Shown here: positions 1-8,225 of the stretch, piece by piece
How the letters are laid out: every line of letters starts with the position of its first letter
Position numbering within the stretch: the stretch's first letter is position 1
Assembly (NCBI RefSeq): GCF_001457595.1
Contig: NZ_LN831039.1
Span: 6,270,001-6,302,000, forward strand
Direction of reading: 5' to 3'
Origin: Mycolicibacterium smegmatis
GTDB lineage: Bacteria > Actinomycetota > Actinomycetes > Mycobacteriales > Mycobacteriaceae
Length of the DNA stretch: 32,000 nucleotides
The notes under the pieces: model-generated
Told to the model about the DNA's origin: nothing
Databases searched by the model: none
Seen by the model: only the letters and a program-made list of their open reading frames with translations
Program-made: the position numbers and the translations under genes

Positions 1-2
1 GT

Positions 3-890
3 TATGCATCCCTCATCGAGCGGAACGCGTTCGTACTCCGCGAAGCGACCATGCCGGTGCTGGCGCCGGGCTCGACACCGCTGCGCGTGCTGCACATCAG
101 CGACCTGCACATGCGTCCCAACCAGCGGCGCAAGCAGGCATGGTTGCGGGACCTGGCTCGGCTGGAGCCGGATCTGGTGGTCAACACCGGTGACAACCTG
201 GCCCATCCGAAGGCCGTGCCCGCGGTCGTGCAGTCGCTGAGCGAGTTGCTCTCGGTGCCCGGCCTGTTCGTGTTCGGCAGCAACGACTACTTCGGTCCGC
301 GGCCCAAGAACCCGCTGAACTACGTCACCAAGCCGCAGCACCGCACCCAGGGTGAGGCGTTGCCGTGGCAGGACCTGCGTGCGGCGTTCACCGAGCGCGG
401 CTGGCTAGACCTGACCCACACGCGCCGCGACCTCGAGGTTGCCGGGCTGCACCTGTCGGTGGCCGGTGTGGACGATCCGCACCTCAAGCGGGACCGCTAC
501 GACACCGTCGCCGGTCCCGCGAACGCCGCGGCGAACCTGACGCTGGGGCTCACGCACTCCCCCGAGCCGCGCGTGCTCGACCGGTTTGCCGCCGACGGCT
601 ATCAGCTGGTGCTCGCCGGGCATACGCACGGTGGTCAGCTGTGCCTGCCGTTCTACGGCGCGCTCGTCACCAACTGCGAACTCGACCGCTCGCGTGCCAA
701 GGGCGCGTCGCGCTGGGGCGCCGACATGCAGCTGCACGTCTCCGCGGGCATCGGCACGTCGCCGTACGCCCCGGTACGTTTCTGCTGTCGTCCCGAGGCG
801 ACGCTGCTGACGCTGGTGGCCGCGCCCACCGGAGGGGGCAACGCGGGGACCAGGGCCGGCACGTCGTCGCCGTCGGTGTCCGCGCGCTGA
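3..890 (+). CDS. Metallophosphoesterase (5'-truncated by the window edge)
   Basis: Frame 3 is open from the window start ([37 protein letters not shown]...). Motifs [17 protein letters not shown] and LAGHTHGGQ are typical of calcineurin-like phosphoesterases. The track starts at 51 but the frame is open upstream. Confidence 0.9.
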   Translation, partial: YASLIERNAFVLREATMPVLAPGSTPLRVLHISDLHMRPNQRRKQAWLRDLARLEPDLVVNTGDNLAHPKAVPAVVQSLSELLSVPGLFVFGSNDYFGPRPKNPLNYVTKPQHRTQGEALPWQDLRAAFTERGWLDLTHTRRDLEVAGLHLSVAGVDDPHLKRDRYDTVAGPANAAANLTLGLTHSPEPRVLDRFAADGYQLVLAGHTHGGQLCLPFYGALVTNCELDRSRAKGASRWGADMQLHVSAGIGTSPYAPVRFCCRPEATLLTLVAAPTGGGNAGTRAGTSSPSVSAR

Positions 891-898
891 CGCCGTCG

Positions 899-1996
899 AT
901 GACGGTCTCCACGGTCTCGCGCAGTGGTCCGCGCGAGTGGGTGGACAACGCCGTTCGGCTCATCGAGGCCGACGCCACCCGCAGCGCCGACACCCACCTG
1001 CTCCGGTACCCGCTGCCCGCGGCGTGGTGCGACGACGTCGACGTGGCGCTGTACCTCAAGGACGAGTCCACGCACATCACCGGCAGCCTCAAGCACCGGC
1101 TGGCGCGGTCGCTGTTCCTCTACGGCCTGTGCAACGGCTGGATCTGCGAGGGCACGACGATCATCGAGGCCTCGTCGGGCTCCACGGCCGTGTCCGAGGC
1201 GTACTTCGCGGCGCTGCTGGGCCTACCGTTCATCGCGGTGATGACGGCGTCGACCAGCCCGTCGAAGATCGCGCTGATCGAAGCACAGGGCGGCCGTTGC
1301 CATTTCGTCGAGAAGTCGTCTGAGGTGTACGAGGAGGCGCAGCGGCTGGCCGACGAGACCGGCGGCCACTACCTCGACCAGTTCACCAACGCCGAACGCG
1401 CCACCGACTGGCGCGGCAACAACAACATCGCGGTGTCGATCTACGAGCAGATGCGGCTGGAGAGGCACCCGATCCCGGAATGGATCGTGGTGGGTGCGGG
1501 CACCGGCGGCACCAGCGCGACCATCGGCCGGTTCATCCGCTACCGCAGGCACGCCACCAGGCTGTGCGTCGTGGATCCCGAGAACTCGGCGTTCTACCCG
1601 AGTTACGCGCAGGGGCGCCCGGTGGAGACCGGCGCGTCGTCACGTATCGAGGGCATCGGCAGGCCGCGCGTGGAGCCGTCGTTCATGCCCGAGGTGGTCG
1701 ACCGCATGATCGCGGTGCCCGATGCCGCGTCGGTCGCGGCCGCGCACTACGCCAGCAATGTGCTGGGGCGGCGGGTGGGACCGTCCACCGGCACCAACCT
1801 GTGGGGTGCGTTCGGGTTGCTCGCCGAGATGATGCGTGAGGGACGCAGCGGATCGGTGGTGACGTTGATCGCCGACAGCGGCGACCGATACACCGACACC
1901 TACTTCGACGCCGACTGGTTGGCCAGCCAGGGGCTCGACCCCTCCGGGCCTGCGGAGATCCTCACGGAATTCGAACGTTCCGGCTCCTGGTCGTGA
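899..1996 (+). CDS. cds1: PLP-dependent cysteine synthase/desulfhydrase family protein (Cds1-like, Rv3684-like)
   Basis: ATG at 899 begins [19 protein letters not shown]. Contains [16 protein letters not shown] (PLP lysine region), [14 protein letters not shown] and [14 protein letters not shown], typical of the cysteine synthase fold. Confidence 0.85.
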   Translation: MTVSTVSRSGPREWVDNAVRLIEADATRSADTHLLRYPLPAAWCDDVDVALYLKDESTHITGSLKHRLARSLFLYGLCNGWICEGTTIIEASSGSTAVSEAYFAALLGLPFIAVMTASTSPSKIALIEAQGGRCHFVEKSSEVYEEAQRLADETGGHYLDQFTNAERATDWRGNNNIAVSIYEQMRLERHPIPEWIVVGAGTGGTSATIGRFIRYRRHATRLCVVDPENSAFYPSYAQGRPVETGASSRIEGIGRPRVEPSFMPEVVDRMIAVPDAASVAAAHYASNVLGRRVGPSTGTNLWGAFGLLAEMMREGRSGSVVTLIADSGDRYTDTYFDADWLASQGLDPSGPAEILTEFERSGSWS

Positions 1997-2076
1997 TCCG
2001 CGTCGGCTGTCAGGAACAGCCACAGCGCAGCCACGACGAAGAAGCCCAGATAAATCGTGGCGCCCAACGCGGTCAT
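1900..2076 (-). CDS. Candidate small single-TM membrane protein (58 aa)
   Basis: Minus-strand [46 protein letters not shown]... has one clean hydrophobic helix followed by an acidic tail. It overlaps the cds1 3' end by about 97 bp. Confidence 0.4.
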   Translation of the reverse strand: MTALGATIYLGFFVVAALWLFLTADADHDQEPERSNSVRISAGPEGSSPWLANQSASK

Positions 2077-2321
2077 GTCGCACTCCAGTCGTTCAAAGCT
2101 TGAAATGTTTCGGTCGTATGACACCTACAACGAAACGGGTGCCCACTTTGAGTCCCCGATTCGACGACGAAGTGGCGTAGCTGACACCGAGATTGCAGCC
2201 AGGGACAGGATCGCCGCGATTTTTGTCCCTGGCTTCAATCTCGGCGCGCGCCTGCGATGTGCCTCTGACCACCCGTTTGGCTTTCAACTGCCTCGGTGCG
2301 ATACGCTGTCGTGGCTTCACG

Positions 2322-2395
<74 letters not shown>

Positions 2396-2406
2396 CTCGC
2401 AGAGGC

Positions 2407-2440
2407 AAGGCCCTGACTGGATTCCCAGTTCAGGGCCTTT
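2407..2440 (+). terminator. Intrinsic terminator of tRNA-Pro
   Basis: AAGGCCCTGA-CTGG-(ATTC)-CCAG-T-TCAGGGCCTTT: near-perfect GC-rich stem with a one-base bulge, followed by TTT. Confidence 0.75.
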
Positions 2441-2525
2441 CGCTTATGTGGCCCCCAAGTGAGGTACCGCACTACTCATGTCCGTGGCCCCGTGCCCGCC
2501 GACACTCGTAGGCATGGGAGGACAT

Positions 2526-2726
2526 ATGGGGAGCAAGAAGAACGTCAGGTCCGGCAGCTGTCGGCACCGCGCGCCCGTGATCGCACTGGCGGAGTACCGG
2601 CGCTGTGCGCGCCGCGAGCCGCGTGACGTGGACGACGTGATCGAGGCGCCGGTGACCGCAGTTGTCGACGAGCCCCCCGACGGCGCAGCCGACGACGACG
2701 AGGGCGGAATCATCCTCTGCTGGTAG
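2526..2726 (+). CDS. Small hypothetical protein (66 aa)
   Basis: ATG at 2526 (MGSKKNVRSGSCRHRAPVIALAEYRRCARREPRDVDDVIEAP...) preceded by a GGGAGG Shine-Dalgarno 4-5 nt upstream. C-terminus is acidic (PPDGAADDDEGGIILCW). Confidence 0.5.
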   Translation: MGSKKNVRSGSCRHRAPVIALAEYRRCARREPRDVDDVIEAPVTAVVDEPPDGAADDDEGGIILCW

Positions 2727-2738
2727 GCATTTCGCGCC

Positions 2739-3959
2739 TCACGGATGCGGAGGGCCTTTCGGACCCTTCGGGCCGTGCCCTTTCTCGTGGCCCTTACCCT
2801 TGCCGGGTCCCGGTCCCGGTCCGGGCCCACGTCCGGGTCCCCGGGGTTCTTCGGGCACGGCCGCGGGGACCGGCGTCGAGGGGACCGGAGGGACGACGGC
2901 CGAGGTCGCCGGAGGCACGGTGGTCGCAGTGGGCGTCGACGTGGGTGAGGTCAGGCCCGACGAGCCGCGCGCCAGCGCCAGGACCAGCACGAGGATGAGC
3001 GTGGAGACGATGCCGAGGACGGCGAGGATCAGCCGGGTCCGCCAGTGGCGCGGTGACGGCAGCACCGGGGGCGGCGGGATCGGCGGCAGCGGCGCGGCGA
3101 GCACCTTGGTCTGCGGGCGGTCCAGACGCTGCGTGGGTGGTTCGGCACCGGTGAGCGCGGCGCGCATGGTCGCCGCGTCGGGGTAGCGGAACGCGACCTC
3201 ACGCGCCATGGCCGTGTCGATCACGTGGATCAGCCCGGGTGCGACGTCGGGGCGCACCGAGGCGATGGGCACGGGCACGTCGTCGAGGATCGCCCGCACC
3301 ATGGCCGCGGGATTGTCGCGGTCGAACGGCCGGCGCCCGGTCAGCGCCTCGTAGCCCACGACGCCCACGGCGTAGAGGTCGTCGGCGAAACCGGCCGGTT
3401 GCCCGGTCACGCGCTGCGGGCTCAGATACGCCATGGTGCCGAGGATCTGGCCGGCCTGGGTGTGCGGCACCCCGTCGGTCTTGGCGATGCCGAAGTCGGC
3501 GAGCTTCGCCTGCCCGGTGTGGCCGATCAGGATGTTGCCGGGCTTGATGTCGCGGTGCACGATGCCCGCGGCGTGCGCGGCGATGAGCGCCGAGAGGATC
3601 TGGTCGAGTAGTTCGGCCACGCGTTCCTGCGGCAGCGGCCCCGCCGCGATCTCGTCGGCGAGCGTGGCGCCGGACAGTCGCTCCATCACGATGTAGGGCG
3701 TGCCCGCGTGCTCGCCGCAGTCGTGGACCGCGACGACGTGCGGGTGGGTCAGCGCCGCGGCCGCGCGGGCCTCGCGTTCGAAGCGGGCCCGCAGATCCGC
3801 GTCGGCCGCCAGTGCCGGGTAGAGCAGCTTGATCGCGACCGGCCGTGCCAGCCGGGTGTCCCACCCGTCGCGGACCTCGGCCATGCCACCACGACCGAGG
3901 ACGCCCCGGAGTTCGTAGCGGTCGCCAAGGAGTCGCTGAAACCGCTCAGCACTCCCCAT
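2739..3959 (-). CDS. Transmembrane serine/threonine protein kinase (STPK)
   Basis: YELRGVLGRGGMAEV glycine loop, AIKLL, HRDIKPGNILI, KLADFGIAK and GTMAYLSPQ. One TM helix (LILAVLGIVSTLILVLVLAL), then a Pro/Gly/Lys-rich tail. Start MGSAERFQ chosen over the track's upstream ATG. Confidence 0.9.
   Translation of the reverse strand: MGSAERFQRLLGDRYELRGVLGRGGMAEVRDGWDTRLARPVAIKLLYPALAADADLRARFEREARAAAALTHPHVVAVHDCGEHAGTPYIVMERLSGATLADEIAAGPLPQERVAELLDQILSALIAAHAAGIVHRDIKPGNILIGHTGQAKLADFGIAKTDGVPHTQAGQILGTMAYLSPQRVTGQPAGFADDLYAVGVVGYEALTGRRPFDRDNPAAMVRAILDDVPVPIASVRPDVAPGLIHVIDTAMAREVAFRYPDAATMRAALTGAEPPTQRLDRPQTKVLAAPLPPIPPPPVLPSPRHWRTRLILAVLGIVSTLILVLVLALARGSSGLTSPTSTPTATTVPPATSAVVPPVPSTPVPAAVPEEPRGPGRGPGPGPGPGKGKGHEKGHGPKGPKGPPHP
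2775..2850 (-). repeat. Low-complexity Gly-Pro / Gly-Lys coding repeat at the kinase C-terminus
   Basis: Tandem ggtccc/gggccc-type repeats encode PRGPGRGPGPGPGPGKGKGHEKGHGPKGPKG. Confidence 0.7.
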
Positions 3960-4021
3960 GCACCGGACTATTGCACGCGCCGGACCGTGCATTCCACGCG
4001 CCCCCGAGGCATGCTCACCTC

Positions 4022-4519
4022 ATGCCACGGTTCGCACTGGAACCCGCCGACGAGGCGTTCTTCGGTTCCGCGCCGCACGTTTTCACCTACCGCAAACAGT
4101 TCGCCGCACCGCCCGAGCGCGTATGGGAATCGCTGACCTCGGACGAGTCCCTGGCCGCGTGGGGTTCGACGGTGAAGTTCGTGAACTGGACGTCACCACG
4201 CCCGTTCGGGGTCGGCACGACGCGCGAGGTCGCGCTCTCCCCGGGGATCGTGCGTGTGGACGAGACGTTCTTCCGCTGGGAGGACGGGGTGCGCTACTCG
4301 TTCTACGTCGACCATGCGAGCGTGCCGTCACTGCGCCGGTTCGCCGAGGACTACCTGGTGGAACCCCTTGGCGAAGGGCGCGCGCAGTTCACGTGGATCG
4401 TCGCGATCGAGGCCAGGCCCGCCTTCGCGGTGCCGTTCAAGGCGCTCGCGCCGGTGCTCAAGGCGGCGTTCGGCCGGCTGGCCACCGACGGCGAGAAGTA
4501 CTTCAGGGAAAGGGCGTGA
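4022..4519 (+). CDS. SRPBCC / START-like domain protein
   Basis: MPRFALEPADEAFFGSAPHVFTYRKQFAAPPERVWESLTSDESLAAWGSTVKFVNWTSP...: typical N-terminus of a polyketide cyclase/SRPBCC protein. Confidence 0.75.
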   Translation: MPRFALEPADEAFFGSAPHVFTYRKQFAAPPERVWESLTSDESLAAWGSTVKFVNWTSPRPFGVGTTREVALSPGIVRVDETFFRWEDGVRYSFYVDHASVPSLRRFAEDYLVEPLGEGRAQFTWIVAIEARPAFAVPFKALAPVLKAAFGRLATDGEKYFRERA

Positions 4520-4556
4520 CGGAGGTCTCAACCAAGCGGTCGGTAGCGTCAGCCGG

Positions 4557-5354
4557 GTGAGCGCGCCGAGTTGGATCAAGGGTCTTCTGGCATTCGAGCG
4601 CGACGGTGACGTGTTCTGTATCCGCGAGCCCGAGCCCAACACCATCGAGCGCCTGTTCGGCGGTCTGATCGCCGCGCAGTCGCTGGGCGCCGCGGGTGCC
4701 ACCGTCGACGACGACAAGGTCCCACAGTCGCTGCATGCCTACTTCGTCCGCGGCGGCCGGTACGACACCGACGTCGAGTTCCGCGTGACGCGCATCCGCG
4801 ACGGCCGCGCGTTCGCCACGCGCCAGGTCAGTGCCAGCCAGGACGGCAAGGTGATCCTGGAGATGATCGCGTCGTTCCACGCACCGGAGCCGGGTGTGGA
4901 CTGGCAGCCCCGGACCGAGCCGCGGCTCGAGTTCGACGCGGCCGTGCCGAAGGATCCGGAGATCGACTTCAGCGACGCGTTCGAGGTTCGCACCCGCACC
5001 AGCGACGATTCTGAGTTCGCGGTGCCGCCGTTCTGGATCCGCACGCGTGAGCCGGTCGAGGATGACCCGCTGGTCCGGGCGTGCGCGCTGACCTACCTGT
5101 CCGACCTCGGCCCGGTGCCCACCGCCCTGCCCCCGACGGTTCCGCTGCGGCCCGATCTGGGGTTCGCGACGAGCCTCGACCACTCGATCTGGTTCCACCG
5201 CCCGTTCCGGCCGGACATCTGGCACCGCTACGAGTTGCGAGCGGCCAACCACAACGACTCCCGCGGCCTCACCACGGGCTCGCTGATCGACGAATCGGGC
5301 ACGCTGATCGCCAGTGTGTGCCAGGAGGCGCTGTGGCGCCTTGACATCTCTTGA
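4557..5354 (+). CDS. Acyl-CoA thioesterase II (TesB-like)
   Basis: FCIREPEPNTIERLFGGLIAAQSLGAA...QSLHAYFVRGGRYDTDVEFRVTRIRDGRAFATRQV...: double hot-dog TesB signature. GTG start at 4557 is a choice. Confidence 0.85.
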   Translation: MSAPSWIKGLLAFERDGDVFCIREPEPNTIERLFGGLIAAQSLGAAGATVDDDKVPQSLHAYFVRGGRYDTDVEFRVTRIRDGRAFATRQVSASQDGKVILEMIASFHAPEPGVDWQPRTEPRLEFDAAVPKDPEIDFSDAFEVRTRTSDDSEFAVPPFWIRTREPVEDDPLVRACALTYLSDLGPVPTALPPTVPLRPDLGFATSLDHSIWFHRPFRPDIWHRYELRAANHNDSRGLTTGSLIDESGTLIASVCQEALWRLDIS

Positions 5355-5355
5355 C

Positions 5356-5379
5356 AGCTGTCCACTTTGTGAGACAGCT
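5356..5379 (+). terminator. Terminator-like hairpin after the thioesterase gene
   Basis: AGCTGTCCAC-TTT-GTG(A)GACAGCT: 10-bp stem with one bulge and no U-tract. Starts 1 nt after the stop codon. Confidence 0.4.
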
Positions 5380-5418
5380 CGCGTTGCACCGTAAACGCTC
5401 TGGTCAGACAATGGAAAC

Positions 5419-5637
5419 GTGAGAACAAAATCCGAGGATGAATTAATCGCGGATGTTGAAGATCGCCTGGTGAAACGTTTCACGACTGTCCCGCCCAGAC
5501 GCGTCTCCGATGCCGTCGAAACCGCCCGTCACCGCTTCGACGACAGCACGATCCGTGACTTCGTACCGCTCTTGGTGGAGCGCCGCGTGACCACCGAACT
5601 CGAAGGCGCACTCAAAGGCCGGATGGCCCACGCCTGA
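5419..5637 (+). CDS. Small conserved protein, probable three-helix-bundle dimerization domain
   Basis: MRTKSEDELIADVEDRLVKRFTTVPPRRVSDAVETARHRFDDSTIRDFVPLLVERRVTTEL resembles the small actinobacterial three-helix-bundle family. Confidence 0.7.
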   Translation: MRTKSEDELIADVEDRLVKRFTTVPPRRVSDAVETARHRFDDSTIRDFVPLLVERRVTTELEGALKGRMAHA

Positions 5638-5676
5638 CGGCGTTTGCGATGCCGCCACGGCGGGCAGTCCGTGGCG

Positions 5677-6336
5677 ATGAAGCTCTCAGATGTGGCCGCC
5701 GTTCCGTTCCAGATCGGTTCCGCGCTGCGGGACCGCCGGCTTTTCCACCCATCGGGTGTCCTGGCCCGCGGCACCCTCGACCGCACGGCCCCGATCGGTG
5801 AGGGTCTGCCCGTGCGCACGGGCGACGTCGTGGGCCGCGTCTCCAAGGGGATCGGGTCCCCGGGATCCGTGCCCGACATCGCCGGACTGGCGTGGCGAAT
5901 GCCGCCTGAGACACCCGACATGCTGTGGGACGTCCTGCTCGCCTCGACACTGATCGGCAACCGTTTCGCGCTGTGGCCGGCCACCGCGTGGACCGACGTC
6001 ACCTTCGCGAGCCTCATGCCCTACCGGTTCGACGGGGGCCTGTGGTGGCTGCGTGCGCGTCTGACGACGCCGATCGACGGGTCCGGGCTCTCGGTCGATG
6101 CGGTGGCCGATCAGATCCGAAGTGGCAGTGTCGATTTCGATATCGACCAGGCAGCCGTCGGTTCAGGCTTCCGCCCGCTGGCCCGGCTGTCGCTGCACAC
6201 CGTGATCGAGGACGAGGATGTGTCGTTCGATCCGGTGCTCAACACCACGGCCGGGGTCTCGCTGGTGCCGGACTGGCTGGCCGGCGTGCGCCGCGTCGCC
6301 TATCGCCGCAGCCGGGTGGGACGCGAGGCCGAGTAG
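5677..6336 (+). CDS. Conserved mycobacterial hypothetical protein
   Basis: MKLSDVAAVPFQIGSALRDRRLFHPSGVLARGTLDRTAPIGEGLPVRTGDVVGRVSKGIGSPG...: complete ORF with coding-like composition. Function not resolved. Confidence 0.75.
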   Translation: MKLSDVAAVPFQIGSALRDRRLFHPSGVLARGTLDRTAPIGEGLPVRTGDVVGRVSKGIGSPGSVPDIAGLAWRMPPETPDMLWDVLLASTLIGNRFALWPATAWTDVTFASLMPYRFDGGLWWLRARLTTPIDGSGLSVDAVADQIRSGSVDFDIDQAAVGSGFRPLARLSLHTVIEDEDVSFDPVLNTTAGVSLVPDWLAGVRRVAYRRSRVGREAE

Positions 6337-6341
6337 CACGC

Positions 6342-6494
6342 TCAGTCCGGCGGTTCCTGTGTGGTCTCGTCGGGCATCTCGACGTCCGGGGTGTCCTCGG
6401 GCACGCGCTTGGGCTTGCCCGCACCACCTTCGGCCGCGCTGCCCGTGTCGTGGTCGCGATGCTCTTCGTCGTAGATCCCGTCACCTCGTGGCAT
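6342..6494 (-). CDS. Small acidic protein (50 aa), absent from the supplied ORF track
   Basis: Reverse-complement reading gives MPRGDGIYDEEHRDHDTGSAAEGGAGKPKRVPEDTPDVEMPDETTQEPPD*. A SigF-like promoter lies just upstream. It exactly fills the gap to the preceding gene. Confidence 0.6.
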   Translation of the reverse strand: MPRGDGIYDEEHRDHDTGSAAEGGAGKPKRVPEDTPDVEMPDETTQEPPD

Positions 6495-6504
6495 GACGAG
6501 AGTT

Positions 6505-6529
6505 CTACCCATCCGTCACGGTTTCAACC
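6505..6529 (-). promoter_or_regulatory. SigF-like promoter for the 50-aa ORF
   Basis: Minus strand GGTT-N15-GGGTAG, one mismatch from consensus in each box. Confidence 0.45.
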
Positions 6530-6541
6530 CGCTCGGGCGCT

Positions 6542-6566
6542 GTTTGGCAACGGGTCTGACGGGTAT
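6542..6566 (+). promoter_or_regulatory. SigF-type promoter of the hemerythrin gene
   Basis: GTTT(6542-6545)-N15-GGGTAT(6561-6566), matching the mycobacterial SigF consensus GTTT-N15-17-GGGTA(T/C). About 53 nt upstream of the ATG. Confidence 0.8.
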
Positions 6567-6618
6567 GCGGATACACACCTCAGTCCAGAGATCCGTATCC
6601 CCGAAGGGCAACACAAAC

Positions 6619-7203
6619 ATGGATGGTTTGACATTTCTGCGCCAGGACCACAAGAGCGTGCTCGGCATGCTCGAGGTGCTCGGCGACGCTCCGACCGGGC
6701 ACGGCGCCCGCGAGAGCGGCCTCGACACCATGGTGACCAACCTGATCATCGCCGAATCCCAGCACGAGGCCATCGAGGAGCAGCACTTCTGGCCGCTCGT
6801 GCGAGAGGCTCTTGAGGACGGCGACGAACTCGCCGACAAGGCCATCGAACAAGAGCAGATGGGCAAGAAACTGCTGCAACGCCTCGAAGACGGCAAGCCC
6901 GGTGAGCCGGACTACCACGAGGCGCTCAGCGAGTTCGTCAAGCTCGGCCGCGACCACATCGCGTTCGAGCAGGACGTGGTGTGGCCCAAGCTCGAAGCCG
7001 CGGTGGACCGCGACAAGCTGGAGACGCTCGGCACCAAGCTCGAGTCGTCCAAGAAGATCGCGCCGACGCGTCCGCATCCGGACACCCCGGGCAGTTCGGT
7101 CGTACAGAAGACCATGGGCATGGGCGCGGCGATCGTCGACCACGTGCGTGACGCTGCGAGCGGGCGGGAGTCGAAGAATCCGCCGGACCCTCAGATCCAC
7201 TGA
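6619..7203 (+). CDS. Hemerythrin (HHE) domain protein
   Basis: MDGLTFLRQDHKSVLGMLEVLG...SQHEAIEEQHFWP...GRDHIAFEQDVVWPKLEA: HHE His/Glu pattern. Confidence 0.88.
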   Translation: MDGLTFLRQDHKSVLGMLEVLGDAPTGHGARESGLDTMVTNLIIAESQHEAIEEQHFWPLVREALEDGDELADKAIEQEQMGKKLLQRLEDGKPGEPDYHEALSEFVKLGRDHIAFEQDVVWPKLEAAVDRDKLETLGTKLESSKKIAPTRPHPDTPGSSVVQKTMGMGAAIVDHVRDAASGRESKNPPDPQIH

Positions 7204-7204
7204 C

Positions 7205-7252
7205 ACAACGAATCAGCGGCCGGCACCGAGGTACCGGCCGCTGATTCGTTGT
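7205..7252. terminator. Bidirectional intrinsic terminator between the convergent hemerythrin and Mn-catalase genes
   Basis: 19-bp perfect inverted repeat ACAACGAATCAGCGGCCGG (7205-7223) / CCGGCCGCTGATTCGTTGT (7234-7252) with a 10-nt loop. Confidence 0.85.
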
Positions 7253-7256
7253 CGAA

Positions 7257-8150
7257 TTACGTTGTCGCGGTGTGCTGTTCGTGCGTGAACGGCTTCTCGC
7301 CCTTCACCGCGGGTGAACCCTCCGGGTTCTCCTTCGCGCCACGGTTCTTGCGCTTCTCACCACCGAGCCATTGCGATTCGGGCTTCTCCACGTACTCCCA
7401 CTCCATGCCGCCGGGCCACGGACCCTGGCCTTCGTTCCACGGGCCGCGGACGCTGCCGTCTCCGTTGGACATGTTGAACGCGACGTTCTGGAAGCGGTCG
7501 TCGCCGGGCAGTTGCGCCGGCGGGAAGTTCACCGGCAATTCGTTGAGCGCCGCGGTGAACTGCTGGAAGTGCGCAACCTCGCGCGTCATCAGAAACGTCA
7601 GGGTGTCCTGCACGCCCGGGTCGTCGGTGAACTGTTTGAGGTACTCGTAGACCACCTTGGCGCGCGACTCCGCACCCAGATTGCTGCGTAGATCCACCGA
7701 CGGGTCGCCGTTGGCGTTGACGAATGCGCCGCTCCACGGAGTTCCCGCGGAGTCCTTGACGTCGGGACCGCCGCCGGACAGCGTCAAGAACAGCGGCGTG
7801 ACCGCAACACTGTGGATTATCTCGTCCTTGCCGTCGCGGCTGGCGACCGCGGGCATCCAGTCACAGCGCTCGTTGGCGACCTTGAGATCGTCGTTGAGCC
7901 CGTCGAGGAGCATCGTGATCATCGCTCCGACCATCTCCAGGTGCGACAGTTCTTCTGTCGCGATGTCCATGAACAGGTCGTACAACTTCGGGTTCTTCTC
8001 GCGCAGGACGAACGCCTGCGTGAAGTACTGCATGGCGGCCTTCAGCTCGCCATTGGCGCCGCCGAACTGCTCCTGCAGCAGGGCTGCGAAGCGGGGGTCC
8101 GGTTGGGTAACCCGTACCTCGAATTGCAGATCTTTGTTGTGAATGAACAC
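7257..8150 (-). CDS. Manganese catalase family protein
   Basis: MFIHNKDLQFEVRVTQPDPRFAALLQEQFGGANGELKAAMQYFTQAF...DIATEELSHLEMVGAMI...LMTREVAHFQQFTAAL: di-Mn catalase ligand motifs. GTG start. Confidence 0.92.
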   Translation of the reverse strand: MFIHNKDLQFEVRVTQPDPRFAALLQEQFGGANGELKAAMQYFTQAFVLREKNPKLYDLFMDIATEELSHLEMVGAMITMLLDGLNDDLKVANERCDWMPAVASRDGKDEIIHSVAVTPLFLTLSGGGPDVKDSAGTPWSGAFVNANGDPSVDLRSNLGAESRAKVVYEYLKQFTDDPGVQDTLTFLMTREVAHFQQFTAALNELPVNFPPAQLPGDDRFQNVAFNMSNGDGSVRGPWNEGQGPWPGGMEWEYVEKPESQWLGGEKRKNRGAKENPEGSPAVKGEKPFTHEQHTATT

Positions 8151-8191
8151 TGCGGGTACCTCCAGGGCTGTTGATTGCAGATTGGTGGCGG

Positions 8192-8216
8192 ATACCCAGC
8201 GCCGAGAACCCCAAAC
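8192..8216 (-). promoter_or_regulatory. SigF-type promoter of the Mn-catalase gene
   Basis: Minus strand GTTT-GGGGTTCTCGGCGCT(15)-GGGTAT. -35 at 8213-8216, -10 at 8192-8197, about 40 nt upstream of the GTG. Confidence 0.8.
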
Positions 8217-8225
8217 AGCGGTCCG

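Noticed and set aside
2775-2850. Tandem repeats as a CRISPR or VNTR locus
   Set aside because: Repeats are short in-frame GP/GK codon repeats within the kinase tail, with no spacers. Length variation is possible but not shown by a single sequence.
7257-8150. Mn-catalase as a horizontally acquired gene
   Set aside because: Base composition, strand arrangement and SigF-type promoter match the surrounding genes, and no mobility genes are nearby.
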